A DNA stretch of 64,000 bases from a virus, in the IMG/VR virus record IMGVR_UViG_3300042448_001253, positions 65,482 to 129,481 of that record; one strand, written 5' to 3'. A program made the translations under genes and the position numbers. Of the stretch, positions 19,320 through 29,244 are shown one piece after another. The notes below the pieces were generated by a model, which had not been told where the DNA came from, ran no database searches, and was given only the letters and a program-made list of their open reading frames with translations. Each line of letters opens with the position of its first letter. Position 1 is the first letter of the stretch.

Positions 19320-19925
19320 AATCATTAGGACACAAACAACTTACACACATACAAAGTCATTAGGATACAAACAATTATTTACCAAGCACACACATACAAG
19401 CACACACAAATTAAAAACACTTACCCGCATACAAACACATAAGCACACACAAACAAAAGAACACATACACACACCTAAGAACCTAAGCACATACACACCC
19501 AGACCAGACCAGACCCAAACAAATTACAAACACATACACACATAGAAACCCAGACCAGACCAAACCCAACTGAACACAAGCACACACATACAAACCCTTA
19601 TCCGCAAACACATACACACATACACACATACCCGCAAACAAAGCACACACCTAAACACATACCCGCACACACCTAGACACTTACACACAAGCACACACAT
19701 AAGCCCCCGCCTATTCTGCCCAAAGCAACCCCATACAGAAACGCCCTAGAACGCCCATACAAGCCATTACCCCCTAGGACATACTTTCATACCAAGCCCC
19801 TTGAGTTAGTCCATTCTCAGCGATTTAGGGTTAAGCGGGAACAAATACCCCCAAACAACTTTACATAACTACACAACAAACAACTAAGCACACAAGCACA
19901 CACAAACAACTAACCCGCACAAAGC
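19320..19925. repeat. A/C-rich, G-poor low-complexity non-coding tract
   Basis: Repeated ACACATAC/GCACACA/CCAGAC units; no ORF in track. Confidence 0.85.
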
Positions 19926-19929
19926 AAAA

Positions 19930-19952
19930 CCCCCTAGCCAATGGCTAAGGGG
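19930..19952 (-). terminator. Intrinsic terminator ending the small-gene array
   Basis: CCCC-TAGCC/GGCTA-AGGGG hairpin with A-tract on + strand, just past the stop of 19973..20554. Confidence 0.7.
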
Positions 19953-19972
19953 ATAAAGCTTAAGGGTTAGGG

Positions 19973-20554
19973 TTAGCCCCAGCAAACCCCCCAGCCCTTA
20001 GACTTAGCGAATTCGGCAATCTCTCTAAGCATTTCCAATCTTTCCTGTAAGTAACCCGCAGGTCTAGCACCCTGCCAGAAAGTAGCAGTTGGCTCGTCAT
20101 TGGCTTCGGCTTCAGCCAGCCCCGCAAGTAGTCCGCCTAATAGTCCGCCCTGCCCAGTGTAGTCAGCCCCAGTTAGTTTATAGGCGGGCATACCTTCATC
20201 GGCAGGGCTAATGGCTAGAGCAATAAGAACACGCCCTAAGAAATCATCGGCAGACATAGAACCGCAAAGGTCATCAGCAACATCAACGCCCAAAGTTTCT
20301 AGCACCATAGAAGCGTTATGGTTAGACAGGTTAACTTCAGGAAAGTAGCCCGCAGGAGCAGGGATAAAGCAATCTCTATCTTCTAGGCAGTAGTCATTTA
20401 CACAGCCAGAGATAACCGCACCTGAACGCCCAGCCCTATACGCTGATAGATAGTCAGGATAAACTTCACTAGAAACCCAGTCCCCGCAAGCACAGGTTAG
20501 GTTGTGAGCAATAGAAACGCTTTCAGGTGTAGCAGGTGAAAAAGTAACAGACAT
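19973..20554 (-). CDS. Hypothetical protein (193 aa)
   Basis: AAAGGGAG SD; TAGGCT -10 at 20598-20603; own terminator. Confidence 0.8.
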   Translation of the reverse strand: MSVTFSPATPESVSIAHNLTCACGDWVSSEVYPDYLSAYRAGRSGAVISGCVNDYCLEDRDCFIPAPAGYFPEVNLSNHNASMVLETLGVDVADDLCGSMSADDFLGRVLIALAISPADEGMPAYKLTGADYTGQGGLLGGLLAGLAEAEANDEPTATFWQGARPAGYLQERLEMLREIAEFAKSKGWGVCWG

Positions 20555-20875
20555 TTTGGAACTCCCTTTCGCCCGAACCTTTCGGGCTTATGTAATAAGC
20601 CTACACTATCCGCAACTAAATACAAGCAAATAAACAAAAATAAATAAATAATTTTTTAGCAATAAACGGGAACAAACTTGCCCCCCCCCTAATCTCAACA
20701 AACAACCGCACAAGCCCAAGCCCAGAACCTACACACAAGCCCGCAGACAAACACACAAGCCCCAGAACCTAAACCCGTAAGCAGACACCCAAACACCCAA
20801 ACACCCCCAAACACCTAAACCCCCAACTTCTCATTAAGCCCGCAAGGGTTAGCGTATTCATTTTTTCACAACTTC

Positions 20876-20979
20876 CAAAAACAAAAACAAAAACAAAAAC
20901 AAAAACAAAAACAAAAACAAAAACAAAAACAAAAACAAAAACAAAAACAAAAACAAAAAACAAAAACAAAAAACAAAAC
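20876..20979. repeat. (CAAAAA)n microsatellite
   Basis: About 17 units directly after the reversed 16-mer at 20854. Confidence 0.9.
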
Positions 20980-21043
20980 TGCCCGCAAACAAAAAAAGTT
21001 CCCCCGCACTTATGCGAGAGAACTTTTTACTTTTACTTAGTTA

Positions 21044-21181
21044 TTACTTTTTGTATTTGCGAACCGCAGACACATAAGCAATTCCGCCAACTACAAAAGT
21101 CAGCAACAAACCGCCACCAAGAATAGCAACGCCAAGCAGAACAAGTTCCGCAATCTTTCCAAGCAATTCAAAAGCAAACAT
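21044..21181 (-). CDS. 45-aa single-TM protein (not in track)
   Basis: MFAFELLGKIAELVLLGVAILGGGLLLTFVVGGIAYVSAVRKYKK; GAAAGGG SD, promoter and terminator. Confidence 0.75.
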   Translation of the reverse strand: MFAFELLGKIAELVLLGVAILGGGLLLTFVVGGIAYVSAVRKYKK

Positions 21182-21226
21182 CTTTAACCCTTTCGTAAAG
21201 TAGCAATCTATTTGATTACTAATGTA

Positions 21227-21297
21227 ATCTTACCAAACTTAAGCCGTAAGTCAATGACCAACATACCCGCAAATAAATCCAGTGAAAAAATGAATAC
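21227..21297 (-). promoter_or_regulatory. Representative cassette promoter: 16-mer, 27 bp, TTGACT, 16 bp, TAAGAT
   Basis: 16-mer 21282-21297; -35 at 21249-21254; -10 at 21227-21232. Same 27-bp gap to TTGACT at 22486, 33161, 40953 and 44267. Confidence 0.8.
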
Positions 21298-21375
21298 CCG
21301 CACAAACACCCGCACAAACACCCGCACAAACACCCGCACAAAATTACGCCCGCACACTTCCCCGCACACTTCCCC
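21296..21375. repeat. 12-bp tandem repeats CCCGCACAAACA / CCCGCACACTTC
   Basis: Directly readable tandem units. Confidence 0.85.
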
Positions 21376-21555
21376 GCAAGCCCCTACACACATAAACGCC
21401 CCCTAATGCCCCTACAAGCCCCTAACCCCCTAAACCCTACATCTACCCGCCCGCACAACTGAACGCCCCTACACGCCCCGCACAAGCCCCCGCACACTTC
21501 CCCCGATTAAAAAGATAACCCCCGCTTGTTAGGCGGGGGAAATCTTTAATGAACC

Positions 21556-21828
21556 CTAAACAATTACGATTGCGGGAACATCATCAGCAAAAGAACTTCG
21601 CTTAATCCAGTCGCCAATTTGAGCAACTTCATCACTAGCATCTTCCGCAACAACTTCACGCCATCTAGCCCCGCAACAATCGCAGTCGCCACTGCCATCA
21701 AAGTAAAGCCCATTACCAAGAGCAATCTTGTTAGCAGTTTCAGCATCATCAGCAGTTACTACAAACTGAATTGCTGGAGCGGTGTAATACCCGCCAGAAT
21801 TATTCTGGATAAAAATAAAGTAAGCCAT
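21556..21828 (-). CDS. Conserved phage hypothetical (QNNSGG...CDCCGARW)
   Basis: SD, promoter, terminator; Cys cluster. Confidence 0.8.
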   Translation of the reverse strand: MAYFIFIQNNSGGYYTAPAIQFVVTADDAETANKIALGNGLYFDGSGDCDCCGARWREVVAEDASDEVAQIGDWIKRSSFADDVPAIVIV

Positions 21829-22049
21829 AATTTCCCCTTTCGGAAATTCGTAATCAGCACTTCTGATTACATAAGAAGTTTACCATTAAATTTTCCAATT
21901 CCGCAAATCGCAATACCCGCATACAAATCTGGTGAAAAAATGAATACACCCGCAAGCCCGCCCGCAAAATAAAATCCTGCCCGCCGTAAGCCCGCCCGCT
22001 TAAATGCTTGACGGGGTTAGGTTGCCCTAACCCCGCAAGCCCGCCCGAC

Positions 22050-22367
22050 TTAGCGGAAGATGTTGATAATCACCTTGTAGGCGGTTGCTCTCTTTGTTGC
22101 TTCGTATGCTTCTGGAAACAACTCCGCAAGTTTCTTGCTGTCGTTTGTGGTGCGTGTTCTCTCGTCAAGGCGAGCAACTTCTAGATTGCGGTGAGTTAGC
22201 AAAGTTGCTTCCCCGAACGCTTCCAAGATGTCTGCCTTAAGTTGTGTTTCTTCTTTCTCTAGGTTCGCAATCAACGCCTTAACTTCTGCGTAACGGGAAA
22301 CCTTGTTAACTGTTTCAGTTGTAGCCTTAGCAGATACTACATCTGCGGTTTTTAAAATGGTAGCCAT
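22050..22367 (-). CDS. Coiled-coil hypothetical, family shared with 36682 and 43815
   Basis: Start reassigned to MATILK after AAAGGGG SD; IANLEKEETQLKADIL...THRNLEVARL...KLAELFPEAYE. Confidence 0.75.
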   Translation of the reverse strand: MATILKTADVVSAKATTETVNKVSRYAEVKALIANLEKEETQLKADILEAFGEATLLTHRNLEVARLDERTRTTNDSKKLAELFPEAYEATKRATAYKVIINIFR

Positions 22368-22705
22368 TTGGCGACCCCTTTCGTTTATCAAGGTTTCGGC
22401 GGTTGCTTCTAACTTCCCTTGATGTAATCAAGTGTATCAAAATCTGGCGGTAAGTCAAATCAAGACACACCCGCCCGCAACGAGTGTGAAAAAATGAATA
22501 CACCCGCAAGCAACGCCCCCGCAACAACTCCAAGCCCCCGCATAAACCCTAAACACCTAAAAGCCCTTGTAAGCCCCTACAAGCCCCCGAAACTGCTCGC
22601 CCTAGTCCATACCCGTTTAGCAACAAAAGCCCGCCTATCCCCCTTACAAGCCCGCATAGAAGAAACGCCCTAACCTTTCGGCTAAGGCGTTCTCCTAGTT
22701 CTTGC

Positions 22706-23074
22706 TTAGTAATCGTAACTCTCTGGCGATAGTGCGAACGCTTGCTCGCTGATTAGTTCGCTTATCTTGTTTAAGTTCTCGGCTAGGGTGCTAATTGCTT
22801 GCTTGGCATTGCTAATTGCTTGCTCTAGTTCTGGAGATAGCCCCAAAACTTCGCTGGCGTTGTCGCTGTCCCCATAGTGAGAGATTGGCAAGTCATTTAC
22901 TAATTCCGCAACTGCTCTAATCTCGTTGTAAATAACATCTAGTGCGTTGTTGTTCTGGCGTTCGCCTGTGTAGCCGTATAGACTTTCGCCCGAAAATAGC
23001 AAGTTAATTCGTGAAGCATACTTCTCTAAAAGAGAAGCGTTAAAACTTGGTGATACTTGGATAATTTCGTTCAT
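22706..23074 (-). CDS. Hypothetical protein
   Basis: Start reassigned to MNEIIQ after AAAGGG SD. Confidence 0.7.
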   Translation of the reverse strand: MNEIIQVSPSFNASLLEKYASRINLLFSGESLYGYTGERQNNNALDVIYNEIRAVAELVNDLPISHYGDSDNASEVLGLSPELEQAISNAKQAISTLAENLNKISELISEQAFALSPESYDY

Positions 23075-23401
23075 AGTTGATAGCCCTTTATTAGTTGGTG
23101 AAACCACGCCCGCAAAAAAAGCAGGCGTGACAAAGCCCGAGACCACTTGGAGGTTTCTGTTTGACTTCATAAGTCAATACTACCACCCGCAAACTAAAAA
23201 GCAAGCATTTATCCAAAGATTTATTTATTAGTTTTTAGGTTGCCCTAAGTCAGCCCAACTTCGCATTAAGCTAGTCGTGTCTTGTATTCATTTTTTCACA
23301 ACCTATCCGCAAACAAAAAAAGCGGGTTGCCCACATAGCAAGCAATCCGCAAGCAAAAAACTCCCCCGCAAGTTGCGAGAGAGTTTGTTTGTTGTTGCGA
23401 A

Positions 23402-23677
23402 TTACTTAGGCAGTTTGTCCGTCAAGGTTATCAAGGCTAGGCGGTATGCTTCACGCTTCACATAGGCTTCGTGCTGACTTAGTGCTAAATAGTTAGCGTG
23501 TGTTTCGCTTCCGTCTGTTGCCCAAGTCTGTCTGTTGCTGGCTTCATCAATCCACTTGGCATACTTGTCCGCAACTCTGGCAATCGCCCTTGCTAAGTTA
23601 TAAGTTGTCTCAACTTTGTAAATCTTCTTAATGACAAGTTCCGCATACTGCTCTGCTGTTAGGTTCATTAGTTCCAC
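23402..23677 (-). CDS. Hypothetical protein
   Basis: Overlaps the stop of the upstream gene; terminator downstream. Confidence 0.7.
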   Translation of the reverse strand: MELMNLTAEQYAELVIKKIYKVETTYNLARAIARVADKYAKWIDEASNRQTWATDGSETHANYLALSQHEAYVKREAYRLALITLTDKLPK

Positions 23678-23844
23678 TCCCTTAGTGCCTTAGTTAGTTT
23701 GGCGTTGCGAGTTCTCGCACGCTTGTCCGCCTTGTTGGCGTGAGTTCCGCTGGCGTTGCTTCTCGCACGCTGGCGAAGCAACTCCGCAAGCACGCTGGCT
23801 TCAGCGTTGCGAACGGCTTGATTGTTTCTGTCTAGTTTTGACAT
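23668..23844 (-). CDS. Basic hypothetical protein (58 aa)
   Basis: MSKLDRN start after GAAAGGG; TAGACT -10. Confidence 0.7.
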   Translation of the reverse strand: MSKLDRNNQAVRNAEASVLAELLRQRARSNASGTHANKADKRARTRNAKLTKALREWN

Positions 23845-24017
23845 CTTGACCCTTTCTTGTCTTAGGACAAGTCTACCAAAATCTAGGGAAAAAGCAAATC
23901 TCGCCCCGTGTCGCCCGTAAGCCTGTGAAAAAATGAATACGCACCCCGAACTCGCAAGCACTCGGCAAGCAAAAAAATAACCCCCTGAAAAATCAGGGGG
24001 ATACTTTTTACTAAGGC

Positions 24018-24176
24018 TTAGTTTGAGTTTCCAACTACTTCCCAAGTGAACGGCTTGTCGCCCATAAGTTCCTTAGTTCTACGAATAATTTCTTCTGCCT
24101 TTTCCCAAGTGTGAACTTCATAAATCGGGTGGACATTAGAAACTTCATCGTGAATAATTAGTGAATAGATGTTCAT
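24018..24176 (-). CDS. 52-aa hypothetical (not in track)
   Basis: MNIYSLIIHDEVSNVHPIYEVHTWEKAEEII...; GAAAAGGA SD. Confidence 0.65.
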   Translation of the reverse strand: MNIYSLIIHDEVSNVHPIYEVHTWEKAEEIIRRTKELMGDKPFTWEVVGNSN

Positions 24177-24201
24177 TTGTTTTTCCTTTTCTTGTTTGTT
24201 T

Positions 24202-24411
24202 TTATTTAGGGTTTTTGATTATCCAGAGAGCAACGGCAAAGGTGTTCACAAGTTCGCCTGTGTTTAGTTCGTTGCCGAACTTCCCACCAGAAACTTCGTA
24301 AGCGAACTTCGGTTCGCACTTGACGCCAACGCCCCAAGATTGAGCCAATGCTAATGCTTCTAGGTTTAGGCGATTAGACTTCTTGCTAACGCCTGTTTTT
24401 CTTCTTGCCAT
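24202..24411 (-). CDS. Hypothetical protein
   Basis: MARRKTG start after GAAAGGGA. Confidence 0.7.
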   Translation of the reverse strand: MARRKTGVSKKSNRLNLEALALAQSWGVGVKCEPKFAYEVSGGKFGNELNTGELVNTFAVALWIIKNPK

Positions 24412-24584
24412 TTTTCGTCCCTTTCGTTTATAGAATAAGTATACCACCACGCACCGACACGCACAACCCAACACACCTAGCCGTGACCTCTTGTGAAAAA
24501 ATGAATACGCAACCCCAACACCACGCACCCGCAAGCAAAAGAAAATCCCCCCACAAAAGCAGGGGGACTTCCCGTAAGAATTAC

Positions 24585-24770
24585 TTATCTATTTCTACGC
24601 CTAATGAACACAGGCAGTTCCGCAATCGCAAGCACCAGAGCAACAGGTATCAGCAAGCCCGCAAGCCCTAGCCCGATTACAAAAGCCATTTCACTTCCGC
24701 CCACAAGCCCGTAATAGAACCCGCAACCAGCAGACCAGACACCTAGCAACGCAAGCACGCCCTTAATCAT
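24585..24770 (-). CDS. Small 2-TM membrane protein
   Basis: Hydrophobic helices; overlaps upstream stop. Confidence 0.7.
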   Translation of the reverse strand: MIKGVLALLGVWSAGCGFYYGLVGGSEMAFVIGLGLAGLLIPVALVLAIAELPVFIRRRNR

Positions 24771-24981
24771 TTAGTCGCCTAACCTCAAACCAAGCACTAA
24801 CCGCAAAAGCCAGCGTTACGCCTACGCCAAAGAATAGACCTAAGTTCCAATAGTAGCCAGCAGTTTCACCGCTACCAGTGGCACTAAATGTAATCACAAA
24901 TAAGCAGACCAGCGTATAAGCCAGAGCAACAGCAGGCACGATTACGATACCCGCAAGCAATCTCCTAAATACATACTTCAT
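24763..24981 (-). CDS. Small 2-TM membrane protein
   Basis: Hydrophobic helices; GAAAGGGA SD. Confidence 0.75.
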   Translation of the reverse strand: MKYVFRRLLAGIVIVPAVALAYTLVCLFVITFSATGSGETAGYYWNLGLFFGVGVTLAFAVSAWFEVRRLND

Positions 24982-25167
24982 TTTTAATCCCTTTCCTAAG
25001 GTTGTAATACAATCTTACACCCTAGACCCCAATTCACGCAATACCCCACCCGTAAGCGTGTTGCGGGTGAAAAAATGAATACTCCCCGTATAAAAATTAC
25101 CGCAAGCAATCTGCCCGCAAGCAAGAAACTAGGCGAGTGTTTCCACCCGCCTAGTCCGCTTACTTAC

Positions 25168-25383
25168 TTAGAAACTCCACGCTCCAAAGTCAATGTCGCT
25201 AGCAATTCTTCTAGCATCACTCCACGCACTTTCTCCGTAAAAGTATCTAACCTTGTTTGTGATTTTGTTTTCTACTTTCCAGTAGTCTTGCTCAAAGACG
25301 GCAGTCCCGTAAGAAACTCTCACTAGTCCGCTGTCGTAAGCAACTTCCCACTCCTGAACTAACTTGACACTTGGCTTAGCCAT
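25168..25383 (-). CDS. Conserved phage hypothetical (YFYGESAWSDARR)
   Basis: MAKPSVK start after GAAAGGG. Confidence 0.75.
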   Translation of the reverse strand: MAKPSVKLVQEWEVAYDSGLVRVSYGTAVFEQDYWKVENKITNKVRYFYGESAWSDARRIASDIDFGAWSF

Positions 25384-25503
25384 TTGTCGCCCTTTCCGTT
25401 TAACTTCATAACCAATTTGATTACATAGTAATCTTACCACCATTACCCGTAATCACCTAATCGCAACGGCAAAGCGATACCCCCTGTGAAAAAATGAATA
25501 CAC

Positions 25504-25568
<65 letters not shown>

Positions 25569-25604
25569 CCCCCCATTGCTGGGGGGAGAGTTTTAATTAA
25601 GGGT

Positions 25605-25952
25605 CTAGCCGAATACTATTTCCCCGAACATCGCAACCTGAACAATTACATCTGCGTCTGTTGCGTCGTAATCAACATCACTAGGGTCTGCGATTAGTTG
25701 CTGGCAAACTGCCTTGGTTGCTGAATTAACTTTTACTTCACCGCTAGCAAGTCTCTTGCTGGCTTCGTATAGGTCTTGGTAAGTAACTGTCTTGTTAACT
25801 ACGCCGGCGGTTTCATCTACGCAATCGTCTAGCAAGGTGATTGAGTAGGTTTGGTTTGCTTCGTCGTGTGTTGCTGTTTCTGCCCAGTAGTCAATAGACA
25901 TACCTGCGTCATCACAGATAAAGCCTAGGACTTCTTTTAGTTCTGCGTTCAT
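25605..25952 (-). CDS. Acidic conserved phage hypothetical (DADVIVQVAMFGEIVFG)
   Basis: SD, promoter, terminator. Confidence 0.8.
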   Translation of the reverse strand: MNAELKEVLGFICDDAGMSIDYWAETATHDEANQTYSITLLDDCVDETAGVVNKTVTYQDLYEASKRLASGEVKVNSATKAVCQQLIADPSDVDYDATDADVIVQVAMFGEIVFG

Positions 25953-26121
25953 TGTTGCTCCCTTATTTGTGTTTCGTAATCATTTGATTACATAAGTAAT
26001 CTTACTCTCTTTATGTCCGCAAGTCAAAACGACACGCCAGAGCCGTAAGGGCTGTGAAAAAATGAATACAGAATACCTAACCGCAAAACAACACCCTTTC
26101 GGGTGTCGCCTTGCTCGGTGG

Positions 26122-26382
26122 CTAGATGTCCTTTGCCAACGCCTTTGCTTCGCATTGGAGTTCGTAAACGCCAGATAGGAATTCGTCTGGGTGAGAGATG
26201 AAGCCCCCGCGAGTTGCTTCCAAGCGAGTTCCCTGTGTGAAGTTGTAGTCTTCGTCCCAGATGAGTTCCTTGCTTACTAGGTAGATAGTCCAGAAACCAT
26301 CTACTTTGTAAAGGCGGTAGAACCCGTCTTCTGTCTTGTTGTAGCACTTGCCCAAGTCGCTTGCGTAAGTGGTGGTGGTCAT
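26122..26382 (-). CDS. Hypothetical protein
   Basis: MTTTTYAS start after GAAAGGGA. Confidence 0.75.
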   Translation of the reverse strand: MTTTTYASDLGKCYNKTEDGFYRLYKVDGFWTIYLVSKELIWDEDYNFTQGTRLEATRGGFISHPDEFLSGVYELQCEAKALAKDI

Positions 26383-26569
26383 TGTGTCCCTTTCGGTTTG
26401 GTGGAGCATTTATTTATTTAGTTATGACTAAATTATAGTCGCTAATTTAAATAAGTCAAATCGTAGAGAGTATTGGCGTGGCGGGGTGAAAAAATGAATA
26501 CCCGCAACCTTTCACGCAAAAAAAAATAACCCCCCCACTTTCGCAGGGGAGTCATCTTTGTATTAGCGA

Positions 26570-26752
26570 CTAAAGGCTAACGCAGTTCTCGGCATCGCAG
26601 TTATCGCAATGGACAATAACTTCATCGCTACCCCTTGACCCAACAGCGTCAACGCCATCGTGTTCGTGTTCGCACTTGTCGCACTCAAAGGACACTGTTA
26701 AAGCAACTTCGTCATCCCAAGGTGTCGCTAGTTTCCAATCATCGTAAGACAT
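26570..26752 (-). CDS. Small acidic Zn-ribbon protein (CxxC...CxxC)
   Basis: MSYDDWKLATP; CDKC, CDNC. Confidence 0.75.
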   Translation of the reverse strand: MSYDDWKLATPWDDEVALTVSFECDKCEHEHDGVDAVGSRGSDEVIVHCDNCDAENCVSL

Positions 26753-26943
26753 CTCTGCCCTTTCCCACAAGAACCTTTCTTGCTTATAGCAAGTATACTA
26801 CTCACCACCGACATACCACAAATCAAACCACTACCCCGTGAGTAGCAGGTGAAAAAATGAATACAGGCGAAAACTCTGTGCGACCTTATAGACACAAATA
26901 AACCCCCTACTTCCGTAAGGGGCTTACCTGCTGTTGCTAACGC

Positions 26944-27225
26944 TTAGTCAGCGTATTCTTCCCAATGCTGTTCGCAGACCCACGGCATAGAGCCGTCAGG
27001 CATAGTTACATACCCGATAAAGTCCTTAGGGCAGAAGCCACAAGTTTCGGCTACCTTAGCCGCCACAGGCTTTACATTGCTAGGTCTTACAGATAGCAAC
27101 GCCCCGTTAGCCTTGCGAACAACCCACCAATCCGTATACCTTACAGGTGAAGACTTGTCTGCCAATGTAAAGATAGTGTTTCCACGACCCTTAACACGAA
27201 CCTTAGTTCCAATCTCTATGTTCAT
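26944..27225 (-). CDS. SH3/KOW-like domain + Cys/His motif
   Basis: IEIGTKVRVKG; CGFC...CEQH. Confidence 0.7.
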   Translation of the reverse strand: MNIEIGTKVRVKGRGNTIFTLADKSSPVRYTDWWVVRKANGALLSVRPSNVKPVAAKVAETCGFCPKDFIGYVTMPDGSMPWVCEQHWEEYAD

Positions 27226-27397
27226 AATTCCCTTTACTAATCAGTAAGGAACTTTTCCTTACATAGCAAGGATACCACACAACCCCCGACAAACCAAACA
27301 CCCCCACGACCAAGCGTGCCTAGGTGAAAAAATGAATACACACAGCGAACGGCAAAAACAAACAGCCAACTTTTCAGCTGGCTGTCTGCTTGTCGTG

Positions 27398-27736
27398 TTA
27401 TCTGCTGAACTGCTCGTATTGCTCTGCTGTTTCTCTTCTGTCGTGAATTGCTACGGCAAAGTGAGAAACGCCTGTTAGGGCTTCTACGGCTCTAGAGAAA
27501 CGGCTGTCGCTGGTAGCCCCGTAAGTTCCGCCCATCATCTGAAAACCATCGGTAAAGTTATCCGCTGGAATAATGATTGCTGTCTTGCCGTAACCACGAA
27601 CTAACTCGGCGGCTGGTGCTTCTGCTGTCGGCTCAAACGGACCTTCAACATTGATAAGTGTAACTTGCTTCTTGCCGTAAAATACGTTCATAGTGCTATC
27701 GTATTCGGCTCTGTAGATGCTAACAATAAGTCCCAT
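27398..27736 (-). CDS. Conserved phage hypothetical (MMGG..TSDSRF..IHDRRE)
   Basis: MGLIVSIY start; promoter and terminator. Confidence 0.75.
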   Translation of the reverse strand: MGLIVSIYRAEYDSTMNVFYGKKQVTLINVEGPFEPTAEAPAAELVRGYGKTAIIIPADNFTDGFQMMGGTYGATSDSRFSRAVEALTGVSHFAVAIHDRRETAEQYEQFSR

Positions 27737-27938
27737 CGGGGAACCCTTGCCCTCTCCTGTAACCCTCAGCCCCCTTGGCTTCCTGATTACAATAGTAATC
27801 TTACTCCTAACCACAGACAAACGCAAATCGTAGCCGAGCTCGGTATGTCGGGGTGAAAAAATGAATACACAATCCAGCCCCTCAACTTAAACACAAACGC
27901 CCCCTAACCTTTCGGCTAAGGGGTGTCGTGTTGCTAGA

Positions 27939-28238
27939 TTACTTAGGGCGACACTCGCTAAGTGGCTTAGGCGTGAACCCTAAATCTCTCTCTATGAGTG
28001 GAAGTTTCCCGCCCATAGCAGTTACGCTTGCCAACTCGGTTAGTGAGAAGTAGCCTAACTCGCTCTCAAAGCCGTTCACTAGCCCGAAGAACTGGTCCTG
28101 TCCGTCAAACTCAATTGCGAACCATTCCCAGTTTCCAGCGATAGAGAAGAACCTAACCTGTGCGATAGGGTCTTCGGTGTTTTCCTGTGAGTAAAGCGGT
28201 GGCAACTTGTCGGCAAGTGCCTTGGTTAGTAGTTTCAT
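27939..28238 (-). CDS. DUF2958-like protein
   Basis: MKLLTK...W.WF..EFDG.D.FFGLV.GFESELGYFSL.EL. Confidence 0.8.
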   Translation of the reverse strand: MKLLTKALADKLPPLYSQENTEDPIAQVRFFSIAGNWEWFAIEFDGQDQFFGLVNGFESELGYFSLTELASVTAMGGKLPLIERDLGFTPKPLSECRPK

Positions 28239-28420
28239 TGTTTCCCTTTCAGCCGAACTTTTCGGCTTACTAGTAAGCATACTCTACACCCCCGACATTT
28301 CACAACTCCCACGCCCAAAGCCGTATGCGAGGTGAAAAAATGAATACACTCGCCCGTAACTTTTGATTAGCGAAATCCCCCCTGACTTTTATCAAGGGGG
28401 ACTTTACTAACTGCTAGGCG

Positions 28421-28855
28421 TTAGACACGCTTGGCACAAACAGGACCAATCCCGTTCGCAACAGACTTAGGGTCTGTTAGCAAGATACCGCATACACAAC
28501 ACAGACCGGTTTCCACGCCAAACAACTTAGCCTGTTCCAAGGTCATTCTGTCGCCAGCGGTGAGTTTGTAGATTGCCCCCTTGTCGTATTCAAACCCGTT
28601 GATAAGGTCTAAACGCTTAGCGTATAGGTTGCCACTCTCTCGGCTCTTCTGGACCCTGTAAATGTCCCCGTTAGCCAACTGATACATACCAACAGACAAG
28701 GTTGCGACCTGCTTAGGTGCGTTGAGCAACTGCCCGATTAAATCACTAGCCCCCTTGCTAGTAAGGTTAGTGAAATCTACAGACCCAGAGAATACTCTGT
28801 CGCCTAGTAGTGAGTTAATAAATGCGACCTGCTTATCGCTTGCGAGAACTGACAT
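28421..28855 (-). CDS. DUF6011-like Zn-binding protein
   Basis: CCVCGILLTDPKSVANGIGPVCAKR at C-terminus. Confidence 0.75.
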   Translation of the reverse strand: MSVLASDKQVAFINSLLGDRVFSGSVDFTNLTSKGASDLIGQLLNAPKQVATLSVGMYQLANGDIYRVQKSRESGNLYAKRLDLINGFEYDKGAIYKLTAGDRMTLEQAKLFGVETGLCCVCGILLTDPKSVANGIGPVCAKRV

Positions 28856-29109
28856 TTGATACCCTTTCAGCCAGCCACCTTGGCTGGTCTAAGACCAGTA
28901 TAGCCCCTGACTAATACAAAGTCAAACACATACACAAACTTTATTTTCCGGAAAGCGACCCGTGTTAAGCTACGGCTCTTAGGTATTCATTTTTTCACCC
29001 AGCGACTCAACGGCACACTAGTTAAAAGTGAAACGCCCTGCTCGGTATGTTCACAAGCAAGGCGTTTCGTATTGACGGGGGAAAGGGGGGAATACCCCGC
29101 CAAATCTAT

Positions 29110-29244
29110 TTAGTTATCTTCTTCACTATCCCCGTTAATGAGTTGCTCTAAGGCGTGTAATGCTTCTTCTGCGTCAGTTGCTCCTGCGTGGAAGTCGCTG
29201 TAAATCGCCTTTACTGCTTTTGCTTCTGTGTCGCTTAGTTCCAT
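29110..29244 (-). CDS. 44-aa acidic hypothetical
   Basis: MELSDTEAK start after AAAGGGA; long structured leader. Confidence 0.65.
   Translation of the reverse strand: MELSDTEAKAVKAIYSDFHAGATDAEEALHALEQLINGDSEEDN

Noticed and set aside
20534-20548. GGTGAAAAAGTAAC resembling the 16-mer
   Set aside because: Only the first half matches and it lies inside coding sequence.
20769-21406. ORFs with FVFVFV / VRVF / TRTN repeats
   Set aside because: Translations of microsatellite and tandem-repeat DNA with no SD or promoter.
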